Source: the human T2T-CHM13v2.0 reference genome, Homo sapiens
DNA: 64,000 nt
Strand: one strand, 5' to 3'
Assembly (NCBI RefSeq): GCF_009914755.1
Contig: NC_060944.1
In this document: positions 27,130 through 40,450 of the stretch, in pieces
Layout: the number at the start of each line of letters is the position of its first letter
Numbering within the stretch: position 1 is the stretch's first letter
Notes under the pieces: model-generated
Database searches by the model: none
What the model was told of the DNA's origin: nothing
The model's input: only the letters and a program-made list of their open reading frames with translations
Position numbers and translations under genes: made by a program

Positions 27130-30100
27130 GAAAATGGCAGAGTAAGTTCTTACCTATAAGTAATAACATTGAATGTAACTAGACTAAATTCTTCAATCAA
27201 AAGACATAGAATGGCTGAATGGATGAAAAAAATTAGACCCAGTGATCTGTTGCCTACAAGAAACACAGTTCACCTATAAAGACACACATAGACTGAAAAT
27301 AAAGGGATGGAAAAAAGTTATCCCATGCAAATGAAAACTAGAAAAGAGGAGGAGTAGCTATACTTATATTGGACAAGATAGAGTTCAAGAGAAAAACCTA
27401 TAAAAAGAGACAAAAAAGGTCATTACATAAAAGAGTAAATTCAGCAGGAGGATACAACAATTATAAATATATATGCACCCAACAGTAAAGCTCCCAGATA
27501 TACATGAAGCAAATATTATATTATTATTAGAGCTAAAGCGAGAGCTAGACTCCAACACAATAATATCTAGAGACTTACACCCCACTTTCAGCATTGAACA
27601 GATCATCCAGACAGAAAATCAACAAAGAAACATTGGACTTAATCTGCACTAGAGACCAAATGGACTTAATAGATATTCACAGTACATTTCCCTTAACACC
27701 TGCAGAACACAATTCTTCTCCTCAGCACATGGATCATTCTCAAGGATCGACTATACATTAAGCCCCAAAACAAGTCTTAAAACATTCAAAAATTGAAATC
27801 CTATCAAGTGTCTTGTTTGACCACAATGGAATAAAACTAGAAATCAACAACAAGAGGAACTTTGGAAACTATACAAAAACATGGAAATTAAATAATATGC
27901 TCCCGAATGACCAGTGGGACAATGAAAAAATTAAGAAGGAAATTTAAAAATTTCTTGAAATAAATGAAAATAGAAACACAACACATCAAAATTTATAGGA
28001 TACAGCAAAAGCAGCACTAAGGGGAAAGTTTATAACAATAAGTGCCTACATCTAAAAAGCAGGAAAACTTCAAATAAACAACTTAATGATACATCTCAAA
28101 GAAATACAGAAGCTAGAGCTAACCAAACTTAAAATTAATAGAAGAAAATAAATAATAAACATTGGAGCAGAAATTAAAGAAACCAAAAAATACAAAAGAT
28201 CAGTGAAAGCAGTGGTTGATTTTTTTTGAAAAGATAAACAAAATTGACACACTGTTTGCCTAAGAAAAAAGAGAGGAGACTGAAATAAATAAAATCAGAG
28301 GTGAAAAAGGAGAAATTACAACTGATAACACAGAAATTCGAAGTATTATTAGAGGCTCCTATGAGCAACTATATGCCAATAAATTGGAAAACCTAGAAGA
28401 AATGGATAGATTCTTAGACACATACAACCTATGAAGATTAAAACGTAAAGAAATTCAAAATCTGAACAGAGCAATAACAAGTAATGAGATCGAAGGCATG
28501 ATAAGAAGTCTCTTAGCAAAGATAAGCCCAGGACCTGATGGCTTCACTGTTGAATTTTACTAAACTTTTAAAGAACTAATACCAATTCTACTCAAAGATT
28601 TCAAAAAATAGAGGAGGAGAGAATACTTCCAAACTCATTCTACAAGGCCAGTATTATCTTCCTGCCAAAAACAAAAGACATCAGAAAAAGAAAACTACAG
28701 TCCAGTATCCCTGATGAGGATTGATGCAAAAACCCACAATAAAATACTAGCAAACAGAATTCAACACCACATCAAAAAAAAAAAAATCATTTGTTATGAC
28801 CAAGTGGGATTAATCCAGGGATGCAAGGATGGCTCAATATATACAATTCAATTAATTTGATTCACTCTATCAACAGGATGAAGGGCAAACACCACATGAT
28901 CATTTCAATCGATGCTAAAAAAGCATTTGATAAAATCCAACATCTCTTTATGATAAAAACCCTCAAAAAACTGGGTATACGAGGAACGTACCTCAACATA
29001 ATAATATCATACTGAATGGGGAAAAACTGAAAGCTTTTCATCTAAGATCTGGAACACAACAAGGATGCCCAATTTTATTATAATTATTCAGCAAAGTACT
29101 GGAAGTCCTAGCTAGGGCAATCAGATAAGAGAAAGAAATAAAAGGCATCAAATTTGAAAATAAGAAGTTAAATAATCCTTGCTTGCAGATGATATAATCT
29201 TATATTTGGAAAAACCTAAAGACGCCACCAAAAAACTATTAGAGTGGATAAACAAATCAGTAAAGTTGCAGGATACAAAATCAACATACAAAATCAGTAG
29301 TATTTCTATATGCCAACAGCAAGCAATGTGAAAAAGAAATTGAGAAAGCAATCTCATTTACAATAGCCACAAATAAAATAAAATACATAGGAAGAAAACA
29401 AAAAAAGTGAAAGATCTCAATAATAAAAAGTATAAAACATTGATGAAAGAAAGAGGATAACAAAAAAATGGAAATATACTTCATGTTTTCATAGATTGGC
29501 AGAATCAATATTGTTAAAATGTCCACACTACCCAAAGCAATCTACAGATTAAATGCAATCTCTATCAAAATACCAATGACTTTCTTCACAGAAATAGAAA
29601 AAAAAATCCTAAAATTTATTGAGAACTACAAAAGACCCATAATAGTCAAATATATCCTGAGAAAAAAAGAACAAAACTGAAGTAATCACATTACCTGACT
29701 TCCAGTTATCCTATGGAGCTATAGTAACAAAAGCAGCATGGTACTGACATAAAGACACATAGACCAATAGAACAGAATAGAAAACCCAGAAATAAATCCA
29801 TGCGTCTTCAGTGAACTCATTTTTGACAGAGGTGCCAAGAATATACACTGGGGTGAGGACAGTCTCTTCAATAAGTGGTGCTGTGAAAACTGGATATCCA
29901 TATGCAGCAGAATGAAACTATACCCCTATCTCTTGCCATATACAAAAACCAAATAAAATGAATTAAAGACTTAAATCTAAAACCTCAAACTATGAAACTA
30001 CTTAAAGAAAACATTGAGGAAACTCTCCAGGATGTTGGACTGGGCAAAGATTTCTTGAGTAATACCCCACAAGCACAGACAACCAAAGCAAAAATAGACA

Positions 30101-30760
30101 AATGGGATAACATCAAGTTAAAAAGCTTCTGCACAGCAAAGGAAATCATCAACAAAGTGAAAAGGCAACCCACAGAATGGAAGAAAATATTTGCAAACTA
30201 CCCATCTGACGAGGGATTAATAACCAGAATACATAAATAGCTCAAACAACTCTGTTGGAAAAAATCCAACGACCTGATTTAAAAATGAGTAAAAGGTCTG
30301 AATAGAGATTTCTCAAAAGAAGTCATACAAAGGATAAACAGGTATATGAAAAGGTGCTCAATATCCTTGATCATCAGAGAAATGAAAATTAAAACCACAA
30401 TGAGATATCATCTCACCCCAGTAAAAATGGCTTTTATCCAAAAGACAGGCAATAACAAACGCTGGCAAGGATGCAGAGGAGAGGGAACCCTCACACACAG
30501 TTGGTGGGAATGTAAATTAGTACAACCACTATGGAGAACAGTATGGAGGTTCCTCAAAAAACTAAAAATAGAACTACCACATGATTCTGCAATTCCACTG
30601 CTGGGTTTATACCCAAAAGAAAAGAAATCAGTATATTGAAGAGATACATATCTGCACTCTCATGTTTATTGCAACACTATTCACAATAGCTAAGCTTTGG
30701 AAGCAACCCAAGTGTCCATCAGCAGATGAATGGATAAAGAAAATTGTGGTACACAATGGA
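27130..30760 (+). pseudogene. Disrupted L1 ORF2p (endonuclease/reverse transcriptase)
   Basis: Fragments [65 protein letters not shown] in different frames. Confidence 0.92.
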
Positions 30761-31250
30761 ATACTATTCATCCATAAAAAAATGAAATCCTGTCAATTGC
30801 AACAACATAGATGGAACTAGATGTCATTATGTTAAGTGAAATAAGCCAGGTATAGAAAGACAGACTTAGCATGTTTTCACTTATTTGTGGGAGATAAAAA
30901 AGTTCAAGGAATTGAACTAATGAGATAGGGAATAGAAATGGTTACCACAGACTGGGAAGGGTGGGAGGTAGTTAATGAGTCAAAAAATATAGTTAGAATG
31001 AGTAAAATCTAGTATTTGATAGCACAGCAGGGGGACTACAGTTAATAATAATTTATTGTACACTTTAAAAGAGTGTAGTGGGATTATTTGTAACATACAG
31101 AAACAATAAATGCTTGAGGTTATGAATACCCCATTTACCCTGATGTGATTGTCATGCATTCTATGCCTGTATCAAAATATCTCATGCACTCCATAAGTAT
31201 ATACACCTACTATGTACCCACAAAAGTTAAAAATTAAAAAAAAAAAGAGA

Positions 31251-31985
31251 ATGCAACTCAGGAGTCAAGTGACCTGTGTTTTAGTTCTAGCTCTTTAATT
31301 ATTACATGTGTGATCACTGAAAACATTATTTACTCTCTCTGAGCTTTCATGTTCTTATCCATAAAATGGGAACAATAGGAGCTGCTGTCTGCAGGCAGGT
31401 AGTCGCCTTGCCCGTATCTCCGTGGCTCACCTTGGAAGTGCCCTGCTGATCAGAGGACATTCCCTATACCTGCTAATAGCTTCTTACTTCAAGCACCAAT
31501 GTCTCCCTCCTTGAAGGCTTTCTCTGACTGTAAGAGGCAGCTCAACCTGCACGTGGGCAAGTTGGCAGTGCTGGGGGTGATACCCCCAGGAGTGATCTGC
31601 AAATGATAAGAGGAGCTGGTAGATAAACGTCCCAGCCTCCTCACCACCCCCACACCCCCAGGGAATGATTCTATGTTCCACTCAGTCTCCCAGAAGGTCT
31701 TCCGTTGGAGTGAGTTCCAGACATCCCCAGGGGTAACTAGCTTGTTACACACCCTCTATTGGCTTTCCTCCCATCCTGAGTCAATTTCCCAATCCTTCAC
31801 TATGTTCCTGCCCTACATTCCCAAATAAAGAGCTTCTTTTCAAATCCTTCAAGTTTCTCCTTTGGGGAGAACCCAAACAAAGATGCTCTCAGGATTGTGG
31901 TGAGAATTCAATGAAACGATGCATGTAAATAGTTGGTGCCATATCTGGTGTGTAGCAGATACCGTAATAACCATAAGTTTTATTA
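31251..31985 (+). mobile_element. MIR split by an LTR
   Basis: ctctctgagctttcatgttcttatccataaaatggg before, caggattgtggtgagaattcaatgaaacgatgcatgtaaa after the LTR. Confidence 0.75.
31386..31885 (+). mobile_element. ERVL solo LTR (LTR16-like)
   Basis: 3' end cccaaataaag...caaatcctt...ttggggagaacccaaacaaaga is typical of the LTR16 family. Confidence 0.7.
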
Positions 31986-32183
31986 CCTACGATGATTATT
32001 ATGTCAATATATGAATTTTGACTGTAATGGGGAAGCTGTAATAAAGAGTCTGACTCTAGAAGTGAGACAGGGACACATGGGTGAGGAAGATCAGGTCCAG
32101 ATAAAATGGAAAGATTCTGTAGGAAAGCATATGAGGGTCCCCAAAAATCCTAAGGATACTGCTCAAGACATGCCTCCACTTCC

Positions 32184-32632
32184 TGGAATCAACAACACAA
32201 ATGCCCATCAATCAACGAGTGGATAAAGAAACTGTGATTACATATATATATATGATGCAATGCTACTGAGCCATAAAAAGGAATGAATGAATAGCATTCA
32301 CAGCAACCTGGATAGAATTGGAGACTATTATTCTAAGTGAAGTAACTCAGGAATGGGAAACCAGACATCTTATCTTCTCACTCATAAGTGGGAGCTAAGC
32401 TATGATGATGCAAAGACATAAGAATGACACAGTGGACTTTGGGGACTCAGGTGGAAAGGGTGGGAAGGGGGTGAGGGATAAAAGAATACAAATTGAGTTC
32501 AGTGTATACTGTTCAGGAGATGGGTGCACCAAAATCTCACAAATCACCACTCAAGAACTTACTCATTTAACCAAATATCACCTGTTCCCCCAAAACCTAA
32601 GGAAATAAAACATTTAAAAACAAAGATAAAAG
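32184..32632 (+). mobile_element. 5'-truncated L1PB (L1PB1-like) 3' end
   Basis: cataagaatgacacagtggactttgggg...gggtgcaccaaaatctcacaaatcaccac; decayed TSD agacat..ctcca.ttcc. Confidence 0.9.
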
Positions 32633-32945
32633 AGACATTTCTCCATTTCCAGAATATTCCTTGCACATGACTTTGTTGAGGGGACAGCAGTCTGGTGAAG
32701 TTGCCAGGCCTATTGATTCCAAATCCATGAAACTGGTGATTATTTAGTGAACAGCCTTTGGCCAAGAGGAAGGAGACATGTGACTGGCATCCAAATCACA
32801 GCACTTATTTCGTGCTCCTGGGGATGTCGTTTTTTCTTGGTTTCTACAGAGATGAGCATTAGGATTTTAAGGATGAGTAAAGGGGTCTAAAGAAGTGTCA
32901 TGGAAAAGGGAAACCAAGGAAAGGAGAAGGGAAGAAAAACAGCAA

Positions 32946-33080
32946 AAAAGATCTGAATAGAGATTTCTCAAAAGAACTCCTACAAGTGACAAGGTAAGTA
33001 GTTGCTGCCTTGCCCATATCTCCATGGCTCACCTTGGAAGTGCCCTGCTGTTCAGAGGACCTTCCCTATGCCTGCTAATA
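32946..33080 (+). repeat. Chimeric local duplicate of 30291-30330 (L1) and 31405-31478 (LTR16)
   Basis: 37/40 and 69/74 identities by direct comparison. Confidence 0.88.
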
Positions 33081-33108
33081 CTTTAGGCTCATTAAGGGAG
33101 AAAATGTT

Positions 33109-33542
<434 letters not shown>

Positions 33543-33639
33543 CTAGTTAAATTGTGACTGGATTCTTGAATATATTTTAATTCTGCACAATTATTTTGGC
33601 CTTGGTTTTGAAGGCCAAATCTGAAGTTAACCTAATTAT

Positions 33640-34052
33640 CTAATAAAATGCATACATTAAAAAAGAGTCAGACTCCGTTGTTTGATGTTTATGGACAGGT
33701 TTTAGGCCTCATTCATCCTTCCTCCCTGTCTGTTCCACATCTGGGGAAACTGTTAAGAAATCCCGGACAATCCTTCCTTTGGTGCCGGTGGGAAGTTTAA
33801 ACCAGGCATCACGGGAACCCTAATGTGGGCCCACCCCTTAACCACCATCAAAGCCCCAAGTCAGTGTCCTTTCCCTGCTCTGTCAAGAAATTTTGGATGT
33901 GCTTGAAAGTCTGCTCTGCTCTCTCCAGAAAGCCTTATTATGTGAGTCACAAAGCTTGTACGCACCCTCTTTGTCTCTGTGTGGTGTCATGAGTCTTGAC
34001 ATCTGAACCACATTTTGGGTCAAGTCTATCCTGTTTCTGTAGAGTCGTCACA
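33640..34052 (+). mobile_element. Probable ERVL-class solo LTR (MER73/MER74-like)
   Basis: ~410 bp block ending in ca with LTR-like ggaaccctaa...cccacccctaaccacc...tgtgtggtgtcat motifs; family uncertain. Confidence 0.45.
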
Positions 34053-35184
34053 ATAGAGGCAATTCTACGCTTTACCACGAAAAGCACCATAAGATTCCTT
34101 ACAGTAACAAAAGCTTCTGGGATTTTAAAAAAATGGGTATTATTTATTTAAGGAGGGGTCCATATGGCGGCGGTGAGAGTTCAGGGCAGGGGTCTGAAGC
34201 TCAAGGGCAGAGAATGAAGGAATGAGTCACAGAGGGCTGCCGAAGGTCGGGGCATAGATCAGAGACAGTGAGCTCACCATTCCCTTCCCAGCAGCCGAAT
34301 AAAGAGATCTGGGATTTACGCATAGCCTTTGCTTAAAGGAAAGTGTACCTTTTTGAACCTTGCGACACATTGGACCCTCATCAACTCGGATTTTAATGAG
34401 AGGAATTAGTATTCCAATGAACAATCTACATAATATCTTGTAGGCAAAATATTTATTTGGGGCTTGGGACAATGAACAGGCTAGAAATACTCATGGGCAA
34501 AAATGTAACATAGTCATAAATGTCTACATTCATTTTCCATTGGTTGTAGAAAAAGAATCTCCGTTTTGGTTTTTACAATTTCAGAATAGGCTGCCCAAAT
34601 CCAGGGCATTGAATCAGAGTTATATAACTTCTCTGCTAGCTTCTCTATTTATAACAGTGAAGTGTTGGCATGTATGTGAAAATTTAAAGTAAAGCCTGCT
34701 TCCTCATGATCTTGTGATCTTTAATTTTTACCTTTAGTTTAACAAATATTTCATCATGATAACTTTTTAGTGGATAAGGAGGGAGCATTCTTTTCAAGAC
34801 TGCAAAATTTTAATTTGCTTTAATAAAAAATTCTGGTTAGTATAAACATTTAACTGTAAATATGATGCTAAAGGTCAACAATACTGTGCAACTAGTTGCT
34901 GGAAATATGTAAAACATTATATAGACATCATATATTAAGCATTATATAGATTTTTTTATTTAGTATGTATATTTATGTATCTAAAATATGGGTGAAATTA
35001 GTATGTTACAAATATATTTTTTAAATTTCAAAAATGGCTTTAAAACCAAAGATTATAAGAGGTGGCTCATGAAGAAGACTTAGGTGACAGTTTATGCTCA
35101 CTGTTAAATGTAATCATTAAAAAAATTATTTTACAAAGAAAACAATCAGAATCCCAGTATGTTCCGATTCTCTATCCTTCCTTC

Positions 35185-35596
35185 TGTGGCAATGGATGTC
35201 TGTGTTCTACCCACATTCCCCCAATCTCACACTTCTGATAACATGCCTATGGCTTCTTACTGGAAAGCTGTGACTCTCAGCAGCAGGGCTTTCTCTTGCC
35301 ATAAGAATGTTGGCCTTTGCGTGTGAGTGGGGTTGGCGGATAAATATTTCAGCTTACTTTCCCGTATATAGGAGGCTTTGGAGTTGTGTTCTGTACTGCC
35401 CCCAGAGTCCTCTGTAGGATTCAATCCCAGCTGCCAACAGCAGTCACTTGCTCCTATCTATGTGCCCTGTAGGGAAGTGTTCCATCCTTTGTCCCCTGTC
35501 TCCCTTCCTTACTCCTTTCAATATGATTCCTGGGATCACCTTTCATTCAAATCCTTGTCTTGGGGTCTGCTCCTGAGGAAATTCAACCCCAGACAG
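35185..35596 (+). mobile_element. ERVL solo LTR (LTR16-like)
   Basis: tgtggc start; ttcctgggatcacc...caaatccttgtcttggggtctgctcctgagg...agaca end. Confidence 0.72.
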
Positions 35597-35678
35597 TTTC
35601 CAGGAATGAATTTGTTTGGTGTCCATTTTTTTTGCTTCTATTTCTCTTTCCCTCTCTTTCTCCCTCACTTCTTCACTC

Positions 35679-35732
35679 ATATATATATATATACATATAT
35701 ACATATGTATACACACCCATATATACATATAC

Positions 35733-35781
<49 letters not shown>
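35679..35781 (+). repeat. Compound (TA)/(CA)/(TG) microsatellite in an Alu tail
   Basis: Nearly continuous purine-pyrimidine alternation. Confidence 0.92.
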
Positions 35782-36094
<313 letters not shown>

Positions 36095-36639
36095 TAATAC
36101 TAGCTGTGTACAGACACTGTGAAGTGTTAGAAGCTTTCAGTCAAGTAGACTCTACTGAAGGAGACAGAAGTTACAGTAAATACTGAGTTTAACTTTTGAG
36201 AATTTAACTATATGCAAGGTTTTAAAAAGTGAGAGAAAGAGTTATTTAAGTGGCCAACACTGCCATTCTGTTCAATAAATGCAGACCCCAGCTGGAGTGT
36301 GAGAGGCGAAAGGAAGCTAGAATTTTCTCAGTGAACCTCAGGTTGCCTGTGCCTCTCATAGGACATCTTCTCGTGTTGAGTGGTTGAGTGTCATCCTCGC
36401 ATTTAAACATCCAACATCGTTGTATTTTTCATGCAATGTGGTCCTGAAATACAAACCAACTACTTTATAATGTGCTTAACTAATGGCATAGTGATTTTTC
36501 CAACACAAGAAGAAAAACTAGTTGTGATTGACTCATTGAGAAACAGTCTGTCCATCTGCACCATGGGACTTTCTAAAGAGATTTTAAAATATATTTTTCC
36601 CCTACATAATGTTTGCTCCAGGCTCTGACTTTTCAACCT

Positions 36640-36835
36640 GGTCTCATAAGATATGACTCTACTCTCATTACAATGCAATGTGGTAAGTGCTTTCTGGAAG
36701 GCATATGCTAATGGGATATTGTGGGGACACAGAGACAGGACCAATGCTGGCTGATCAGATCAGGGAAGAGTTCTCAGAGCAGGTAATGCTTGAGTTGGGG
36801 TTTTAAAGATAAGTAGATATCTGCCTAATATTTGG
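36640..36835 (-). mobile_element. L2 fragment
   Basis: tacaatgcaatgtggtaagtgc...tcagggaagagttctcagagcaggtaatgcttgagttg. Confidence 0.6.
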
Positions 36836-37094
36836 GGGAAGGAAATAAATGCAGCTCTTAAAATTCAACCACAAAACGTTAGCTTTGCCATTCTTAATCC
36901 TAGTACACAGATCCTGTGGCTTTTATTTTAATCAGCAATATAGACTATCTGCACTATGTAAGCTTTGGGGAAGATTAGACTGAGATTTACTCTATCTAAT
37001 GCTTATTTGAGACATCTGATATTTGGACAAAACAATTTAGTGGGACTTCTTCCTGCCTGTTCATTTGGTCTCCACAAGATGCATTAGGTAATGT

Positions 37095-37806
37095 CAATAT
37101 GTGAGTCTGGTTCTCTGAGGGGCAGATGTGAAAGCAGGGCTAGGCACACACAAAGAGGACTGGGGGAAATGCTTACAAAGGAAAATGGAGAGGAATCTGA
37201 GAGAGAAGCTGGGTGAGCCATCAGACTGTGGAGTAATTTTGATCCTTGTAAAGTAGGGAAGGAAGGAAGGGAGAAAGGAGGGAAGGGAGGAAGGAAGGAA
37301 GGAAGGAAAAGGAAAGGGAAGGGAAGGGAATGAGGGAGGGACGCAGGGAGGGAGGGAAGGAGGGAGGAAGGAAGGGAAGGAGGGAGGGAGGGAAGGAGAG
37401 AGGGAGGGAGGGAGGAAGGAAGGAAAGGGAATGGAAGGAGGGAGGGTGGAAGGAAGGGAAGGGAAGGAGGGAGGGAGGGAAGGAGGAAGGGAAGGAGAAA
37501 GGAAGAAAAGGAAGGAAAGACGGAAGGAAGGTCAAGTGGAAGCCTCTTAGACTGCACTGCTGCTCTGAGAAGGTTTGTCAAAGTTGATGAACCACAGTTG
37601 CCAGGCAGGGAAGCCCCATGCCTTTGAGGAGTGGGCCTGCTTTCATGTCCTGTTGCCCTCGGCACTGGTGGGAGCAGCTTGCCTATGGGCAGTGTGGCCT
37701 CTTGGAGAACACTATGATGGATTTCAGAGTGCAGCCTTTGGGTTTGTCGGTCCATCATTCTCCCTATTGTCAGTGACCTGAGAGATGAATTTACATCCAT
37801 GCCCAC
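37095..37806 (-). mobile_element. ERVL LTR (LTR33-like) carrying an expanded purine tract
   Basis: gtctggttctctgaggggcagatg...gagccatcagactgtgg...cttagactgcactgctgctctgagaagg. Confidence 0.6.
37256..37531 (+). repeat. (GGAA/GGGA)n polypurine tract
   Basis: ~275 bp almost entirely G and A. Confidence 0.95.
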
Positions 37807-38792
37807 TCTAATCCTTATTTCCCAAATGTAGGACACATACCACAGAGAGCACTTGAGATTATTTGAGTGGTAGCACATTGAATTTTTTAGTATGAAAATT
37901 ACTTTATCATTCTCTTTCATCTGTTAGTGAAGGAGAATGAGTCAGGTTGGTGCTATCATTTTGTAGTCCTCCTTTGAACAACAGGCACACCTCAGGCATA
38001 TAAACTTTGGCAGGCTACAATATCTAGATAAAATGGAATAACCTTGTCTTATTTTCATGTGTATTTATGATGATAGGTATCTTACATTTATATCTATTAT
38101 GGTGGATGGCACTGTTTTTCAATTCATACTACTCAAATCATTTTTTTCTTTTAAAATAAATTGAATGATGCCCATACATGGCAATCAATTTAATAAAAAT
38201 AGTGAGTAACTAACGAACAGAGAGCAAGTGGCCATGGGAAAATGTGAAAATGTTTTACAAATGAGTGTCTGGGAACTCTGACCTAGGTCATCTGAAAGTA
38301 GCATGGTAGGTCCATGTTGTCTCAAGTTTTCACAGAAAAATACCTTCACTGCTGCACTATTTTAAGTTATGCCTTTTCCTTCTGGACAGGGTCACTGAAA
38401 GGACTGTCCAGTTTTATAGTGTGTCTGTGATTTTGTGGCGAAGATGTTGTTCACTCTGTTCCTCAGCCTTTAAACAAATCCCCAGAGGACAAATCCAGCT
38501 TGAATTTAGTTCTAGGGGGATAAAAAGTATTGTCTCTGCACAAAGGTGTATACTTCTTCCTGTCAGAAAAAGACAAGTAGACCTGTCATGATGCTTGCCT
38601 TACCTTCCAGAATCCTTAGGGGTGAATTTACTGCTTTTATCTTCCCATCTATTCCAATCTGGCACCTGAAAGCACATTGTCTTCCTGGTTCCTTCAGAGT
38701 ACTCTGTTATTTAAAAAGCTCTTTAAAAATGTCAGATATCCCTGGGTCCTTCAGCTTTCCTAAAATATCCACAGAGACTAGCTGAATCTATC

Positions 38793-39200
38793 TGTATCAG
38801 CTGAGATAAGCTAGCTTGTGCTGTGGTACCAAATGACCGCCATGTTGTCCTGACTTATAAACAGCAAAGGTTGATTTCTTGCTCATGCTCTATGTCTATT
38901 TCAAGTTAGCTGGTGGGCTCTTTAAATATCCTCATTGAGGAAAGCTGGTGAACAGAGTCTTTATTCCCTGGATGGTGGTTTGTTGCTATGGCAAGGCAAC
39001 AAAAGAACATGGCAGTTTATTCATTTTCCTCTATAGTTTTCACCATGGAAGTAACATGTCTTACTTTTGCTCACATTACATTGGCTGAAGCACATCTTCT
39101 GACCATGCTGAACTTGGAGGAGGTGGGAATGCACGATTTCACCATTTTCCTGAAAGGAGGGGAACTGTAACATTGGTGTATAGCCCCAAATGTCACCATA
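38793..39200 (-). mobile_element. Old MLT1 LTR (MLT1J/K/L-like)
   Basis: tgtatcagctgagataagctag...acagcaaaggttgatttcttgctcatg...ttttgctcacattacattggc. Confidence 0.72.
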
Positions 39201-39544
39201 TTGCCACACCTCATATTGTGGGAGGTCAACGAAGATCTCCTTGGTATCTCTGAGGCTTTCTGAATCAGCCTTTGCTACAGTTTGCTTGTCTGAGATCATC
39301 TGTTTTGAGCCATTACTCTTCCTTCCTGTGACCGTCATCCAATGTTGCTGGTCTTGTTTTAACTCATATTAGACAACATCTATTGTCCTTTATTTCCCAA
39401 ATGAACTATTAAAATAATGCTGCTGTTTGTAGTAGAAGTTTGTTGCCTGTTTGGGATGGAGTGAAGAGCAATGATAGCAGTGATAACTCAGGGCAGAAAA
39501 TAACCTTACATTGTTGAGAGTATCCTTGGGGTAATTTGATGTTT

Positions 39545-39625
39545 TATTAACTGGCTATTCTGTCCTTGGTGCCTAGAATAGAACATGACACATAGTAGGA
39601 GCTCAATTAATACTTAGTGAATGAA
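39545..39625 (+). mobile_element. L2 3' terminus
   Basis: gtgcctagaatagaacatgacacatagtaggagctcaattaatacttagtgaatgaa. Confidence 0.7.
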
Positions 39626-39659
39626 AGCACTTCAATATATCATCACTGATCCTACACAT

Positions 39660-40450
39660 TTTTTTTAGAATTTCGGTTTTCATTTTAGATTCAGAGGGTA
39701 CATGTACAGGTTTGTTACATGGCTACATTACATGATGGTGAGGTTTGGAGTACCATTGATTCCATTACCCAGTTAGTGAGCATAGTTTTTCAACAGTTAG
39801 TTTTTCAACCCATTATCCCTCTGCCCTCTAGTAATTCCCAGTGTCTATTGTTACCATCTTTATATCCATGAGTACCCTAGTTTAGCTCCCACTTATAGGT
39901 GAGAACATGTGGTGTTTAGTTTTCTATTCCCAAGTTAATTTGCTTAATAATGACCTCCAGCTGCATCCATGTTGCTGCAAAGGACATGATTTGTTTCTTT
40001 TTAATGGCTGCATAGTATTCCATGGTGTATATGTACCACATTTGCTTTAGCCAGTCTACTATTGATGAGTATTTAGGTTGAGTTCATGTCTTTGCTATTG
40101 TTAATAGTGCTGCAATGAACATACAAATGCATGTGTCTTTATGGTGGAACAATTTATAGTCCTTTGGGACTATACAAACCCAGTAATGGGTTGAATGGCA
40201 GTACTGTTTTCAGTTCTTTCAAAAATCTCCAAAGTACTTTCCACAGTGGCTGAACTAATTTACATTCCCATCAGCAGTGTACAAGCATTTCCTTTTCTGT
40301 GCAGCCTCACCAGCATCTGTTGTTTGTGGACTTTTTAACGATAGCCATTTAGACTGGACTGAGATGGTATCTCATTGTGGCTTTAATTTGCATTTCTCAG
40401 ATGAGTAGTGATGTTGAGAATTTTTTCGTATGTTTGCTGGTTATTGTGTG
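39660..40450 (-). mobile_element. L1PA (L1PA15/16-like) 3' end
   Basis: ttagattcagagggtacatgtacaggtttgttacatg...gctcccacttataggtgagaacatg...gagatggtatctcattgtgg. Confidence 0.92.

Larger units (their letters stand above)
24930..31250 (+). mobile_element. Near-full-length L1 (L1MA2/L1MA3-like), inactive
   Basis: 5' end aagatagccaaatagaagc, ORF1 and ORF2 remnants, L1MA-type 3' UTR tacacctactatgtacccac plus A-tail; TSD atg(tg/ca)actcaggag at 24916-24929 and 31251-31264. Confidence 0.93.

Noticed and set aside
37084-37920. Longest ORF (278 aa, Pro/Ser/Leu-rich, minus strand)
   Set aside because: Open only because it crosses the stop-free (TTCC/TCCC)n tract and an LTR; no protein-like domain.
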